From Bacteroidales bacterium (GTDB taxonomy: Bacteria; Bacteroidota; Bacteroidia; Bacteroidales; GCA-2748055), in NCBI GenBank assembly GCA_020636775.1, contig JACJXF010000008.1, positions 1,797 to 65,796 of the forward strand: a stretch of 64,000 nucleotides of DNA, written 5' to 3'. Position numbers and translations under genes: made by a program. Below are positions 26,774 through 37,079 of this stretch, in pieces (position 1 is the first letter of the stretch; each line of letters starts with the position of its first letter). The notes beneath the pieces are model-generated. The model was not told where the DNA came from, searched no databases, and saw only the letters and a program-made list of their open reading frames with translations.

Positions 26774-29461
26774 TTATTGATTCGATGAAATGATTTTACA
26801 GCTTCCAAGTTTTTCTCCGCCCTGATATAGGGTAAGGAAATACTGTCCCGGTTTCAGGGATTTTTTACTTCGCCAGCTAAACTCCCCGGAAAAGGATTGG
26901 GGGTTCAAAATTTCCTTTGTCTCAATCAGCCTTCCTTTAATATCCACTAATTGAAGACGGGTGGGTGCAAGTTTCGGAAGATTATAATAAATTATGAAAT
27001 TATCAGAAACAGGATTAGGCATTACACTTAAAGAAGAAGAGCTTAGGCCAGTAAGGTTTTTATTCACCGAGGTGGGCCCAATATAAACCAGGTTGATCCA
27101 GTTGAGGTTCCATCCTCCGGCTGCAGCATAAAGCCTGATAGTTTGCTTTCCCGAAAGCAGGTTCAGGGTACCGGAAACGGTCTGCCACTTTTGCAATCCT
27201 CCTGTACCGGCAATATTTACTGAACAGAGCAGGACCTGAGTTATTTTTCGCACTTCACAAATTCCACCTCCCGATGAGCTGGCTACTCTTAATTCTATGA
27301 TATAATCTCCTTCATCCTGCACATTAAGACTCAAATCGATATAATCACCTGTATTAATACCCGACACATTTAAGCCGCCTCCTTCATCTGTGGTTGTCTG
27401 TATTGTAACACCATTCATATTTGAATAATTTTCGGCTTCAATTTTACCGGGTACCGGGCTGACAGGATAATAATTGAAAACAACAGTTTTATCATAAGCA
27501 AGGCCTGTATTGTCTATGGCAAGAACCGTTGCAGAGTGCTGGCCGAAAGGAAGGTTATCCAGGGGGAATTCATAGGGACTTGTAGTGGAGGTAGCATAAA
27601 CTCTTGAATCAATATTCAATTGTATGCTTTCAATCCCGTCGGGATCGGAAACCGTTCCTTTTACCAGCATGGGACTGTCTGAGCCGGTTTTGGAATTATA
27701 CAGCGGGGCGGTAATAGAAACATTTGGAGGGTTGTTGGCTGTTAAGGGCACTTCAAAATCAACGGCAGAATTATCTCCCAATACAGCATCCACACCTGCC
27801 AGTAAAGCGGTTAGAGGAGAATTCCAGTTTATACAGACTTCGTTAGATGCATAACTTCCGTATACATCAACAAAACATTTTGCCGGATTAGTAAACGGGT
27901 AAACCTCGCCATCCTGCTGGCCGGGGTTTGGTCCGCCCGAAACAAAGCCCGGAACGGGCTGCGTGATGCCGTCCGCATAAGAGGGCCTGTGGTGAAAGTT
28001 CATTGGAGTTTTGGAACCGTATCCTGAAACGAACGAAAATCCGGTGCCATTTTTACCCAGAAGGTAATCGGCACATTCTGCAGCTCCTTTGATATATTTC
28101 ATATCATTTTTCAGAATATAAGCATACAACATTCCCACTCCAATGTTTGCAATTCCTGAATTGGATCCCCAGCCATAGCCAAATTGAGGTATGCGGCAGG
28201 GACTGGCATTTATCTGAGTTAGCCAGGAGTCGCATTTCGAAGCAATGGAACTTTGAATATTAGCGATTACATTGGATGCCAGCCCATTGGGTCTGGTAGC
28301 CAGCGAAAGGGAGGCAAGAGACTGAACACTGGGCCAGCCGGGTGCTCCTGTATAAGTAAGTGATGATATTTTGCCCTCCAGATAGGTTTTGTATTCTGCC
28401 TTCTGGGTGGTTATATAAAGCTCTGCTGCAGCCCAGATAAACTCGTCCGAGACATTGGAGTCGCCATATTCGCCGGTTCCCACATCCGACGGATTTTTAA
28501 AATATGAAAGCGGGTTAGTATTAGCCCATGTCCATGCACTTTCCGCCCTTGCTATACAATCGTTCGCATAATCGGTATCGTAATCCTGGTAGATACGCCC
28601 TGCCATAGCCATCATAGCTGCAAAGTCGAGCGCCGAGGCAGAGGTTTTTCCAATTACATACCTGCTGGCCTTATCTTTATCGGGCATCACAAAGCCTGAA
28701 AACTGAAGGGTTGTAAGCTTGAAGAAGACACCTCCGTCGGTATCCTGCATGGTTTTCAGCCAGTCGAGTTCAAATTTTACCTCATCCAGCAAGTCGTTCT
28801 TTCCATTCCCGGATTCAGGAATATGAATACTGCCGTCTTCAAAATAATTATTAAAGTTTTCATAAAATGAAAGCATGGTTGCTACTGAAATACCAGCATT
28901 GATTACATATTTTCCGTAATCACCGGCATCATACCAGCCACCCGGTGAGGATATTTTTCCGCTTTTTCCGGTCGATGAATGTAATATGCAGGCTGTGTCG
29001 GGATGACCTTCCGGTCTTGCCCATAAACCGGCATAATCAGATGTAAGTTCATAGGATGATCTCTGATAATAATAGGATTTCAGAGAAGCGTAGGCTGCCT
29101 TTCTCAAAACCGTGGTTGAAATATCAAAAGCATAGGATTCTCCAAATCCCGGTATCCTGATTTTGTAATTGCCTGCAGTAGTAAGTGCTGAAAAATCACA
29201 AAGTTTTACACTGTCACCTGCATCTGACCAGTATTTTTTAGCCGACATATCCCCTGTGAACTCAACCGAATTGTCTGAGGTATTAATTATTTCGAATTTA
29301 GTGGAATCACAGAAAATCACTACAGCTATTTTTGTTGCATCGGGGTAATAACCCAGCTGGTTGATTCGAATAGATCCTGTTTGCGAGTAAGAAGAGATAT
29401 AAATACTCGATAACAGGCAGAGAACAGAAAGTTTCTTAATGAATTTCAGAATGAATGTCAT
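26774..29461 (-). CDS. Glycoside hydrolase family 9 endoglucanase with N-terminal Ig-like, Ig-like, CBM6-like and T9SS C-terminal sorting domains
   Basis: 895 aa. The GH9 signatures are GGWYDAGDYGKY and the later FVSGGPNP block. The CBM6-like segment is GKIEAENYSNMNGVTIQ...GDYIDL. The C-terminal SVMPNPVSDNFIIYY...GQYFLTL is typical of the Por/T9SS CTD. Confidence 0.85.
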   Translation of the reverse strand: MTFILKFIKKLSVLCLLSSIYISSYSQTGSIRINQLGYYPDATKIAVVIFCDSTKFEIINTSDNSVEFTGDMSAKKYWSDAGDSVKLCDFSALTTAGNYKIRIPGFGESYAFDISTTVLRKAAYASLKSYYYQRSSYELTSDYAGLWARPEGHPDTACILHSSTGKSGKISSPGGWYDAGDYGKYVINAGISVATMLSFYENFNNYFEDGSIHIPESGNGKNDLLDEVKFELDWLKTMQDTDGGVFFKLTTLQFSGFVMPDKDKASRYVIGKTSASALDFAAMMAMAGRIYQDYDTDYANDCIARAESAWTWANTNPLSYFKNPSDVGTGEYGDSNVSDEFIWAAAELYITTQKAEYKTYLEGKISSLTYTGAPGWPSVQSLASLSLATRPNGLASNVIANIQSSIASKCDSWLTQINASPCRIPQFGYGWGSNSGIANIGVGMLYAYILKNDMKYIKGAAECADYLLGKNGTGFSFVSGYGSKTPMNFHHRPSYADGITQPVPGFVSGGPNPGQQDGEVYPFTNPAKCFVDVYGSYASNEVCINWNSPLTALLAGVDAVLGDNSAVDFEVPLTANNPPNVSITAPLYNSKTGSDSPMLVKGTVSDPDGIESIQLNIDSRVYATSTTSPYEFPLDNLPFGQHSATVLAIDNTGLAYDKTVVFNYYPVSPVPGKIEAENYSNMNGVTIQTTTDEGGGLNVSGINTGDYIDLSLNVQDEGDYIIELRVASSSGGGICEVRKITQVLLCSVNIAGTGGLQKWQTVSGTLNLLSGKQTIRLYAAAGGWNLNWINLVYIGPTSVNKNLTGLSSSSLSVMPNPVSDNFIIYYNLPKLAPTRLQLVDIKGRLIETKEILNPQSFSGEFSWRSKKSLKPGQYFLTLYQGGEKLGSCKIISSNQ

Positions 29462-29726
29462 GGCAATTAAGTTAGTTGGGTTTTTGAGGAAATAGTAAGT
29501 CTGGCAACAAGCTGCAAGATCATCCGCAAGTTATAAAAGGATACATATTAATCAAACAATAAACATGATTTTCGTTTTATCCGGAGTGTGAACCACTTTA
29601 TTTTTCCATTCCCTCTGCCATTATTTTTCCAATTTTCAAACCTTCTTTTTTGCCAGGCTGGTTAACAAATTTAAAAATTAGCTTATCTTAGTTTCCCTGA
29701 TGTTATAAAACTAAGAAAGTATAAAA

Positions 29727-30650
29727 ATGATAAAGATCATATCAAGTTTTTTACTGAGTCTGAGCTTTACTTTTCTTTACGCTCAGAAGGATGATTTCAC
29801 AAGACTACAGTATTTTCATAATGACAGTATTAGTTGCGACTTGGATTTATTTCTGCCGTCAAATGGTGGAAATATTGATCTGCCCCTGATGATCTTTGCT
29901 CACGGTGGTGGTTTTAAAAACGGGGGCAAAGGGGAGGGCTATGATATTTGCCGCTATCTTGCTTCACAGGGTTTTGCAGCTGCCACTATTGACTATACTC
30001 TTTATATGAGCGATAAAAGCTTTGATTGCGACGGGCAGCTGACGGAAAAGGTAAAAGCCATTCAGATAGCCGTTAACCAGTTATGGATTGCCACAGACTA
30101 TATTATAAAAAACGCAGATAAATATCATATTGATACTACTAAAATCTTTATTTCAGGCAGCAGTGCAGGTGGGGAGATGGTTCTGCATGCAGCATTTTGG
30201 GACAGAAAAATTATGGGCATGTATGGGGAAGGACTTTCGCCTGATTTTAAATATGCCGGCCTGGTTTCCGGCGCGGGTGCGATCATGGATATTAATCTTA
30301 TTACAAAGCCTGATCTTATCCCTGTAATGCTGTTCCACGGAAATGCTGATCATGTTGTCCCATATGGCACAGGCTCTCATCATTCCTGCCCCACAGGTTG
30401 TCCTGGCTGGCTAATGCTATTCGGTTCCTATACTGTTTTTAACCGTGTTTGCGATTTAAACGGACATGCAGTTCTTTATACTTTTTGCGGGGGAGGTCAT
30501 GAGAATTCCGGCACCCTCTTTCACACTGATATGGAAACCATAAGCCGTTTTATGAAACAGGTACTCGGGGGCAGGAAATCGATGGAGCATTATATTATTC
30601 CTACCGGAAAAACTAATGAGCTTTCGGGGGAGTATGGGTTTTGTGAATGA
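29727..30650 (+). CDS. Secreted alpha/beta hydrolase (carbohydrate esterase-like)
   Basis: 307 aa with a signal peptide. It has the HGGGF oxyanion motif, the GSSAGG nucleophile elbow, and HGNADHVVP. Confidence 0.7.
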   Translation: MIKIISSFLLSLSFTFLYAQKDDFTRLQYFHNDSISCDLDLFLPSNGGNIDLPLMIFAHGGGFKNGGKGEGYDICRYLASQGFAAATIDYTLYMSDKSFDCDGQLTEKVKAIQIAVNQLWIATDYIIKNADKYHIDTTKIFISGSSAGGEMVLHAAFWDRKIMGMYGEGLSPDFKYAGLVSGAGAIMDINLITKPDLIPVMLFHGNADHVVPYGTGSHHSCPTGCPGWLMLFGSYTVFNRVCDLNGHAVLYTFCGGGHENSGTLFHTDMETISRFMKQVLGGRKSMEHYIIPTGKTNELSGEYGFCE

Positions 30651-30894
30651 GTTTTAACTCAGACCGATTTAGAATCATTCCTTAAGTTTTGACCTGGCAA
30701 TAAATAAGTTACTATTTAGTGATTTCCCCGGAAGAAGTAAGAGTTATTTTTATCAGGATGCCTTTTTATATACTACATTTTGAGACCGACTAAAATTTGA
30801 GGCTGCCAATTTTAACCCTTATTTTGGTCTATTACTGCTACATTGGGTTTCTGAATTATCAATATTTTTGAAATACAAAAGTAAATTCGATAAA

Positions 30895-32328
30895 ATGAAG
30901 TATTCCGCATCAATTATTGCCCTTGCACTGGCAGGTACTGCCTGTACTCAGACAAAACCAACACAAGAACTTCCTAATATAATTTATATTCTGGCTGATG
31001 ATCTGGGTTATGGCGATCTGGGCTGCTATGGTCAGGAAAAAATTGAAACCCCCAATCTGGACAAAATGGCTGCGGAGGGAATGTTGTTTACCCAGCATTA
31101 TTCCGGCAGTACTGTTTGTGCGCCATCGCGTTGTGTATTAATGACTGGCAAGCATACCGGACATACTGTTGTTAGGGGAAACAAAGAGTTTCAACCGGAA
31201 GGACAGTTCCCTATGAAGGCTGAGGAAGTTACGGTTGCAGAACTTTTAAAGCAGGCAGGTTATACAACAGGTGCTTTTGGTAAATGGGGACTTGGTTTTA
31301 TCGGTACCGGGGGTGATCCCAATAGTCAGGGATTTGATGAATTTTTTGGATATAACTGCCAGCGACAGGCACACAGGTACTTTCCGGAGCATCTATGGCA
31401 TAATGATCAAAAGGTAATTCTGGAAGGAAATGATTTCAAAGAAACAGAAACTTACTCAGCAAATGTCATACATGAGCAGGCCATAAAATTTATAAAGGAT
31501 AATAAAAACAAGCCCTTTTTTCTGTACTATCCCAGTACAATTCCTCATGCTGAGTTAATTATACCTGAAGGTGAAATGAAGCAGAAATACCAAGGAAAAT
31601 TTCAAGAGACACCCTACATTGATAGCAATCCCGGAGCAAATTACGGAGATGAAGATTTTGAGGTAAAATATTATTGTTCACAGCCGGAGCCTCGTACCAC
31701 TTTTGCAGCCATGGTCTCTCAACTCGACAAGCAGGTTGGAGAGGTTCTTGCCACACTGAAGGAACAGGGCCTTGATAAGAAAACCATTGTAATCTTTGCT
31801 TCTGACAACGGTCCGCATAAGGAAGGTGGGGCAGATCCTGAATTTTTTAACAGCAACGGAAATTTAAGGGGATTCAAGAGAGATCTTTATGAAGGAGGTG
31901 TAAGGAGTCCGATGATTGTCTGGTGGCCGGAAACGATCCGTCAGGGAAGTAAATCGGACCTTATATCGGCTTTCTGGGATGTTTTGCCAACTTTGGCCGA
32001 TATAGCAAGTATTTCTGTTCCGGAAAAAATTGACGGTATTTCGTTCCTGCCCGAGCTTCTGGGTAAAAAACAGGAGCAACACGACCATCTTTACTGGGAA
32101 TTTCACGAACAGGGAGGGAAGCAGGCTGTTCGGAAAGGTAATTGGAAATTGATTAAATTAAATGTTTATAATCCTGAAAAAACACAAATAGAACTATATG
32201 ATCTGACAAATGATCCGGAAGAACAAAATGATGTTTCCCAAAGGCATCCCGACATAGTTACTCAGCTGGAGGAGATCATGAAATCTGAACATTTGTATAA
32301 CGCCGACTTTCCATTTGACGGTTCATAG
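30895..32328 (+). CDS. Arylsulfatase-family sulfatase (formylglycine-dependent)
   Basis: It has the CAPSRCVLMTGK (C-x-P-x-R) formylglycine motif, DDLGYGDLGCYG, and a lipoprotein-like signal. I place the start at ATG 30895; the ORF track starts at TTG 30868. Confidence 0.88.
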   Translation: MKYSASIIALALAGTACTQTKPTQELPNIIYILADDLGYGDLGCYGQEKIETPNLDKMAAEGMLFTQHYSGSTVCAPSRCVLMTGKHTGHTVVRGNKEFQPEGQFPMKAEEVTVAELLKQAGYTTGAFGKWGLGFIGTGGDPNSQGFDEFFGYNCQRQAHRYFPEHLWHNDQKVILEGNDFKETETYSANVIHEQAIKFIKDNKNKPFFLYYPSTIPHAELIIPEGEMKQKYQGKFQETPYIDSNPGANYGDEDFEVKYYCSQPEPRTTFAAMVSQLDKQVGEVLATLKEQGLDKKTIVIFASDNGPHKEGGADPEFFNSNGNLRGFKRDLYEGGVRSPMIVWWPETIRQGSKSDLISAFWDVLPTLADIASISVPEKIDGISFLPELLGKKQEQHDHLYWEFHEQGGKQAVRKGNWKLIKLNVYNPEKTQIELYDLTNDPEEQNDVSQRHPDIVTQLEEIMKSEHLYNADFPFDGS

Positions 32329-32584
32329 CCTTCCCCTGACTTTTGCGACAGTTACTTTAAATGCTTGAGTTTTGAAAATCCTCAGATGCAATAATTGCAA
32401 TAGACAATACTGGGGGTTTGGTCGCAGGAATACCAGCTATTCTTGAAAATTTGCAAAAACGGTTATAATATTTTCTGCTCGGCAGTCTCCCTTCAGACAA
32501 AAAACAATAGGAAAGTTTTAGGATCCTTTTAATATTATGAAAGACATCAATCCAGCTAAACAAAAATATGCCAGCAGTTAAGGG

Positions 32585-33751
32585 CTAAAAGTTTTTATTG
32601 ATATTTAAATTTGGCAATACAAAATTAATTGGGAAGGTATATAAAACACTTACGGGTTTACCTCTTTGATATCCGGGTTTCCATTTTGGGGATAACATTA
32701 CCACTCTTAAAGCTTCGGCATCGAGCAAAGGATCAACACTCACAACAATACTGGGATTACAGACATTTCCTTCGCTGTTTATTTCAAATTGTAAAATTAC
32801 CCGGCCTTGTTTACTGTTCTCTGCAGCTTCGGTCGGGTAGGTAAGGTTTTGGGCAATAAACTTCCTGAATTCAATTGCCGGATCACCATTATTAAATGTG
32901 GGCATATCCTCAACCACAAAATAAACATCACGATCACCGGTAAAAGTTTCCTCCTCATAAAGAGGTTTTTCAACTTTAGGCTTATATGCCAGGCTGCTGT
33001 TTTCCGAAAAATTAAAATCCCAGGAACAGGCAGTATTTACCGGCAGATTGTTTTGGTATCCCGGTTCCCAGGGAGGAGATTCGGCCAGGATTCGCATGGC
33101 TTCGATATTCAGATCAGAAATGGCCGGATAAGCAATAACCGGGTTCCTGATCATCCCTTTAGAATCAATAACAAAGCTTACGTGCACCCAGGAAGACTCT
33201 CCTTTTACAGCTGCATAAATGGGATATATCAGATTGGATTCAACAAATTTCCGGAATTCAACCTTTGGATCTCCACCATTAAAAGTGGGCATCTTTTCAA
33301 CCAGATTGAAGATGCCATTTGGATTCATATGCTCTTTGTCTTTGTTGCTCAGACTTTTTATTACTGCCGGGTCAACAAAATAGTCCTGAGCATCATTTTG
33401 TAAATAATCCCATACTTTATCATAATTCAGCAGCATCAAGGTATCATTGTTATCGTCAAAATAAATCCAGTTACCATAAGGTATATCCTGATTATACATA
33501 CCTGTGGCGGCCAGCCTTCCCATTCCGGCATAAAAGTAAAACCGCCCGTGCCTGATAAAAGGATCATCCGAAGCAAGTCTTCCTTTAAAACTTAATATGG
33601 AATCGGTGGTGAATTCTTTAATCTCAAAACTCCCGTCTTTGAGGGCCTTTTTTTCCCGGAAGAAACAGCATGGATACACTGCATATTGAGAAAACCCTGA
33701 TAATGCCAGGCAAAGGATGAGGATTGTTCCAAATAGTTTTTTCATTATCAA
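32585..33751 (-). CDS. Secreted protein with MORN-like repeats and two tandem TonB C-terminal-like domains
   Basis: 388 aa. The two modules are MPTFNGGDPKVEFRKFVESNLIYP...PWEPGYQNNLPV and MPTFNNGDPAIEFRKFIAQNLTYP...KWKPGYQRGKPV. It has a signal peptide and no proline-rich linker. Confidence 0.65.
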   Translation of the reverse strand: MIMKKLFGTILILCLALSGFSQYAVYPCCFFREKKALKDGSFEIKEFTTDSILSFKGRLASDDPFIRHGRFYFYAGMGRLAATGMYNQDIPYGNWIYFDDNNDTLMLLNYDKVWDYLQNDAQDYFVDPAVIKSLSNKDKEHMNPNGIFNLVEKMPTFNGGDPKVEFRKFVESNLIYPIYAAVKGESSWVHVSFVIDSKGMIRNPVIAYPAISDLNIEAMRILAESPPWEPGYQNNLPVNTACSWDFNFSENSSLAYKPKVEKPLYEEETFTGDRDVYFVVEDMPTFNNGDPAIEFRKFIAQNLTYPTEAAENSKQGRVILQFEINSEGNVCNPSIVVSVDPLLDAEALRVVMLSPKWKPGYQRGKPVSVLYTFPINFVLPNLNINKNF

Positions 33752-34140
33752 TTGAAAAGTTTATAACAGAGGCCTATAACAAATATAATAATTCATTGGG
33801 AAAAAATCCGGGATACTAATGATTTATATGGATTGGAAACTAAGCGGCTAAAGAGGGCTGCCTTTCGTAATTTAAATCATTTTCCTTAGGATTTTAAGTT
33901 CAGCCTGACTAAGCAGAATTTTCAGACATGAGATTCCAGTTTGGCACTTCAAAATAGGGTGATCCGTATAAAGTACCTTTCACAAAGCTCTCTACTATAA
34001 TTCCCGACCCTCATCTGCCTTTCAAAGTCGTATTCAGCACTTATGACTGCCTTTCGAATTTTGTTAATCATCTGTTAAATTATCCTCAATATCAAACATA
34101 TATGCAAGGGGAATGTTACGATTTATGAACAAGAATTAAG

Positions 34141-34629
34141 ATGAAAAATCTTCTGGTTTTTATCACATTATCATTTATGACTTTTAATCTGAGTTCTGCT
34201 CAGGAAGTCAGGAAAATTTCAAAATCTGATCTGAGTGAGATATTGAATAATCCTACCCATAAACTTCATGTGATAAACTTCTGGGCGAGCTGGTGTGGAC
34301 CCTGTGTTTCTGAGCTTCCGGAATTTCAGCAGGTGGTTAATAATTCAGACAGCAGTAAAGTTGACTTCCTTTTTATAAGTCTGGATTTCCCTTCCGAAGC
34401 CGATAAAAAACTGTTACCCTTTTTAAAAAAGTCAGGATATAATTTTAATGTTGCCCTGATAACCGATATTGATTATAATTCCTGGATTGAAATGGTCGAC
34501 CCCAACTGGCAGGGAAATATACCTTCCACACTTTTCTATAATAATCCGGAAAAGCTGCATTATTTTATTTCCGAACCGATTAACAAAGAAAGACTTACAA
34601 GTACAATTGATTCACTTTTAACTAAATAA
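34141..34629 (+). CDS. TlpA-like thioredoxin-fold thiol-disulfide oxidoreductase
   Basis: 162 aa with a signal peptide and the WASWCGPC active site. Confidence 0.8.
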   Translation: MKNLLVFITLSFMTFNLSSAQEVRKISKSDLSEILNNPTHKLHVINFWASWCGPCVSELPEFQQVVNNSDSSKVDFLFISLDFPSEADKKLLPFLKKSGYNFNVALITDIDYNSWIEMVDPNWQGNIPSTLFYNNPEKLHYFISEPINKERLTSTIDSLLTK

Positions 34630-34635
34630 GCTACA

Positions 34636-35241
34636 ATGAAAAAGAAAACTTTATTTTTCGCAGTCATTTTAAGTCTGGTCCTGATCAGCAGTCTTCAGGC
34701 TCAATATAAAATTGGAGATGTGATTACTGATTTCAGTCTTAAAAATGTAGATAATAAAATGGTATCCCTTTCCCAGTTCAAAACTGCAAAGGGTTTCATA
34801 ATTGTCTTTACAAGTAATACCTGTCCTTTTGCCAATAAATATGAGAGTAGGATAAAAATGCTTGACAAAGAATTTAAGGGAAAAAATTATCCGGTAATAG
34901 CTATTGGCAGTAACGATGTGGGTATTAATCCAGGTGACTCATTTGAAGAAATGCAAAAGAAATCAAAAGATGATAGTTTCACTTTTCCTTATTTGCACGA
35001 TGAGACCCAGGAGATTGCCAAAAATTTCGGAGCCACAAATACCCCTCATGTTTTTGTTGTGGCAAAAGAGAATAATCAGATGGTCTTAAAATATATGGGA
35101 GCCATTGATAATAATGTTGATGATGCATCAAAGGCCGATAAGAAATATGTTGCTGATGCGGTAAACTCCCTCCTTGACGGAAAAAATCCTGCTGTAAGTT
35201 CTACCAAAGCTATTGGTTGTGGTATTAAATGGAAGAAGTAA
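34636..35241 (+). CDS. Thioredoxin-fold (redoxin/AhpC-TSA-like) protein
   Basis: 201 aa with a signal peptide. The FTSNTCPF single-Cys motif sits at the redoxin active-site position. The gene starts 6 nt after the preceding thioredoxin-like gene. Confidence 0.6.
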   Translation: MKKKTLFFAVILSLVLISSLQAQYKIGDVITDFSLKNVDNKMVSLSQFKTAKGFIIVFTSNTCPFANKYESRIKMLDKEFKGKNYPVIAIGSNDVGINPGDSFEEMQKKSKDDSFTFPYLHDETQEIAKNFGATNTPHVFVVAKENNQMVLKYMGAIDNNVDDASKADKKYVADAVNSLLDGKNPAVSSTKAIGCGIKWKK

Positions 35242-35250
35242 TACTTGATA

Positions 35251-35288
35251 TCCGGGCAGGGCTCAATATTAATTGTGTCCTGTCCGGA
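35251..35288. terminator. Bidirectional hairpin between convergent genes
   Basis: The stem TCCGGGCAGG / CCTGTCCGGA is 10 bp with one G-U pair and an 18-nt loop. Both flanks are A/T-rich. Confidence 0.5.
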
Positions 35289-35309
35289 ATTAATTTATCT
35301 GATGATTAA

Positions 35310-35927
35310 CTAATTAGGCTTTGCTTTTTCTTCAGCATCCTTTACACATCGGACAGAAAAACCATAGTCTTTTTCGGTGTATTTTTCGTAGATATCCTGA
35401 CTATCCCTTGATATTCTTCTGAACCATGCAGATTTTTCAGTTCCTTCAATACTGCTCCACCAGTATCCGTCAAAATCTATTCCCTCGAACTTCCCGTTAG
35501 AGTTCATTCTGCCACCGGGCAGTGCACTGAAATTCCAAAGATTATCACCGCTGGATGCTCTTAAAGCCCATCCTGTTGACGATTTCAACTGTCCACCTGC
35601 AGGGTAATCCAAGCTCACAAAAGCGATCATGGTTTTCCATTCTTCATTACCGGGTAAGTGCCAGCCGGGAGGACAGCTTTTTTCTGCTGCCTCAAGTGTG
35701 TATAAATAGCCATATGTCTTCGCATTTTCCGGCTTGTCGTTATATGCGCGACAACCACTCTCTGATTTGAAAGCGAGGTTTTCCGCCATCCATATCTGAT
35801 TTCCTATCTGGGTTGTCAGATAGCTTTTTCCATCTCTGACATCAACAAGAGTATCAGTAAGCTGTCCGGAAACTTTTAACAGGGGAGCGAGAAAGACAAT
35901 TGTGATTAAAATTGATTTTTGGATCAT
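35310..35927 (-). CDS. FISUMP (Fibrobacter succinogenes major paralogous) domain protein
   Basis: 205 aa with a signal peptide. DGKSYLTTQIGNQIWMAENL...GYLYT...CPPGWHLP...YWWSS...FSVRCVKD matches the TIGR02145-type pattern. Confidence 0.75.
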   Translation of the reverse strand: MIQKSILITIVFLAPLLKVSGQLTDTLVDVRDGKSYLTTQIGNQIWMAENLAFKSESGCRAYNDKPENAKTYGYLYTLEAAEKSCPPGWHLPGNEEWKTMIAFVSLDYPAGGQLKSSTGWALRASSGDNLWNFSALPGGRMNSNGKFEGIDFDGYWWSSIEGTEKSAWFRRISRDSQDIYEKYTEKDYGFSVRCVKDAEEKAKPN

Positions 35928-36375
35928 GACTGTAATTTATGTTAGTAATCTGAAAATTAAACCCTTTTGGCATAAATCTAAAACATAAATGCCCTTACTT
36001 ACAACTCTGGTCAAAGGTGAACACTTGTCCTGCTACATCCGACCACTTAATTTTTTCACCAGCAAATACCTCCGGCATTTTGGAAAGTCTGAATTCAATT
36101 CTTGATTAAAATATTTGTTACACATAATCGACCTTTTGAAATTCACTGATATACATTAACTTATGATCTCACATATTTTTAACATATAACCAGACTTATT
36201 GTTCAATTACTAAATCAATACCTTATTATTGTGGAATGATAAGTGGGATTATCAATAAAATTTGACAGGTTATGAATTGTACATGGAAAAGTAATGAGTT
36301 AATGGTTGAATTAGGTTTTGTATGTAGGGAGGGATACTTTAGGATATGCTAGTTCTAAATATCTTATTGGTTTAA

Positions 36376-36888
36376 TCAATAATTTTTTTTCTTTGACCCT
36401 AAATTAAACGAGTACCCAAATCCCAGGGTCCAGGCTATCATATTATTACTGAAACTCCATGCCGGTGCAAGTTTAAATACAAATCCCTTATCTCCCTGAA
36501 ACCGGTATCCAAGCTTAATCATAAAGTTATTGGCTCTCAGCCAGTAAACGGCTTGTGGCTCAAAAAATTTATTTTTTTTCCCGATAAGTACTCCACCACT
36601 AAATTCGTAAACGTATTCAAAATATGGAGTCATATTTGCAGATGCCACTATACCAATATTCTCCCTTAGAGGAAATATTCTGCTATAGCCCAATGCAGGA
36701 AAATATATTAGAAAGTCAATGCAAACTGAATTTTTTCTTACATCAAAGAGGGTGGGGGTTTTACTTTTATCCGACAGTTCCAGGGTATCACCATAACTTG
36801 CAACAAGCTGAGAGTTGCTGACGCTATACTGTGAGTAAATCTGAATTGAAATACACAATAGAATTAAACAAAAGCTTAAGATCTTCAT
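36376..36888 (-). CDS. Small predicted outer-membrane beta-barrel protein, hypothetical
   Basis: About 170 aa starting from MKILSFCLILLCISIQIYSQ (signal peptide). It has alternating beta-strand patterns and a C-terminal aromatic-rich end. I place the start at ATG 36888. Confidence 0.45.
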   Translation of the reverse strand: MKILSFCLILLCISIQIYSQYSVSNSQLVASYGDTLELSDKSKTPTLFDVRKNSVCIDFLIYFPALGYSRIFPLRENIGIVASANMTPYFEYVYEFSGGVLIGKKNKFFEPQAVYWLRANNFMIKLGYRFQGDKGFVFKLAPAWSFSNNMIAWTLGFGYSFNLGSKKKNY

Positions 36889-37079
36889 ATTTAGAAGATT
36901 TATAATATGGAAGATAGACAACAGATTGAAATAAGTCAAGTGTTTTTTCAATTTCTGCAAAATTGAAGACACTAAATGCTAAGTTTAATATATTGAAACC
37001 GACAGGAAAGCATTTACCCCTGCCTACCGGCAGGCATGCATTCACCTGATCCCTTGATCCGCCAATCCATATAACCCCA

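Noticed and set aside
32357-32563. 68-aa minus-strand ORF in the spacer between the sulfatase and TonB-like genes
   Set aside because: It has no motif, an odd composition, and no promoter-like box. I treat it as noncoding spacer.
32807-33403. 198-aa plus-strand ORF
   Set aside because: It is antisense to the TonB_C-repeat gene, which has two clear paralogous domains.
37019-37034. Hairpin CCTGCC-TACC-GGCAGG downstream of the alpha/beta hydrolase gene, considered as a REP-like element or terminator
   Set aside because: There is a single copy in the window, the stem is only 6 bp, and no T-run follows. That is insufficient support.
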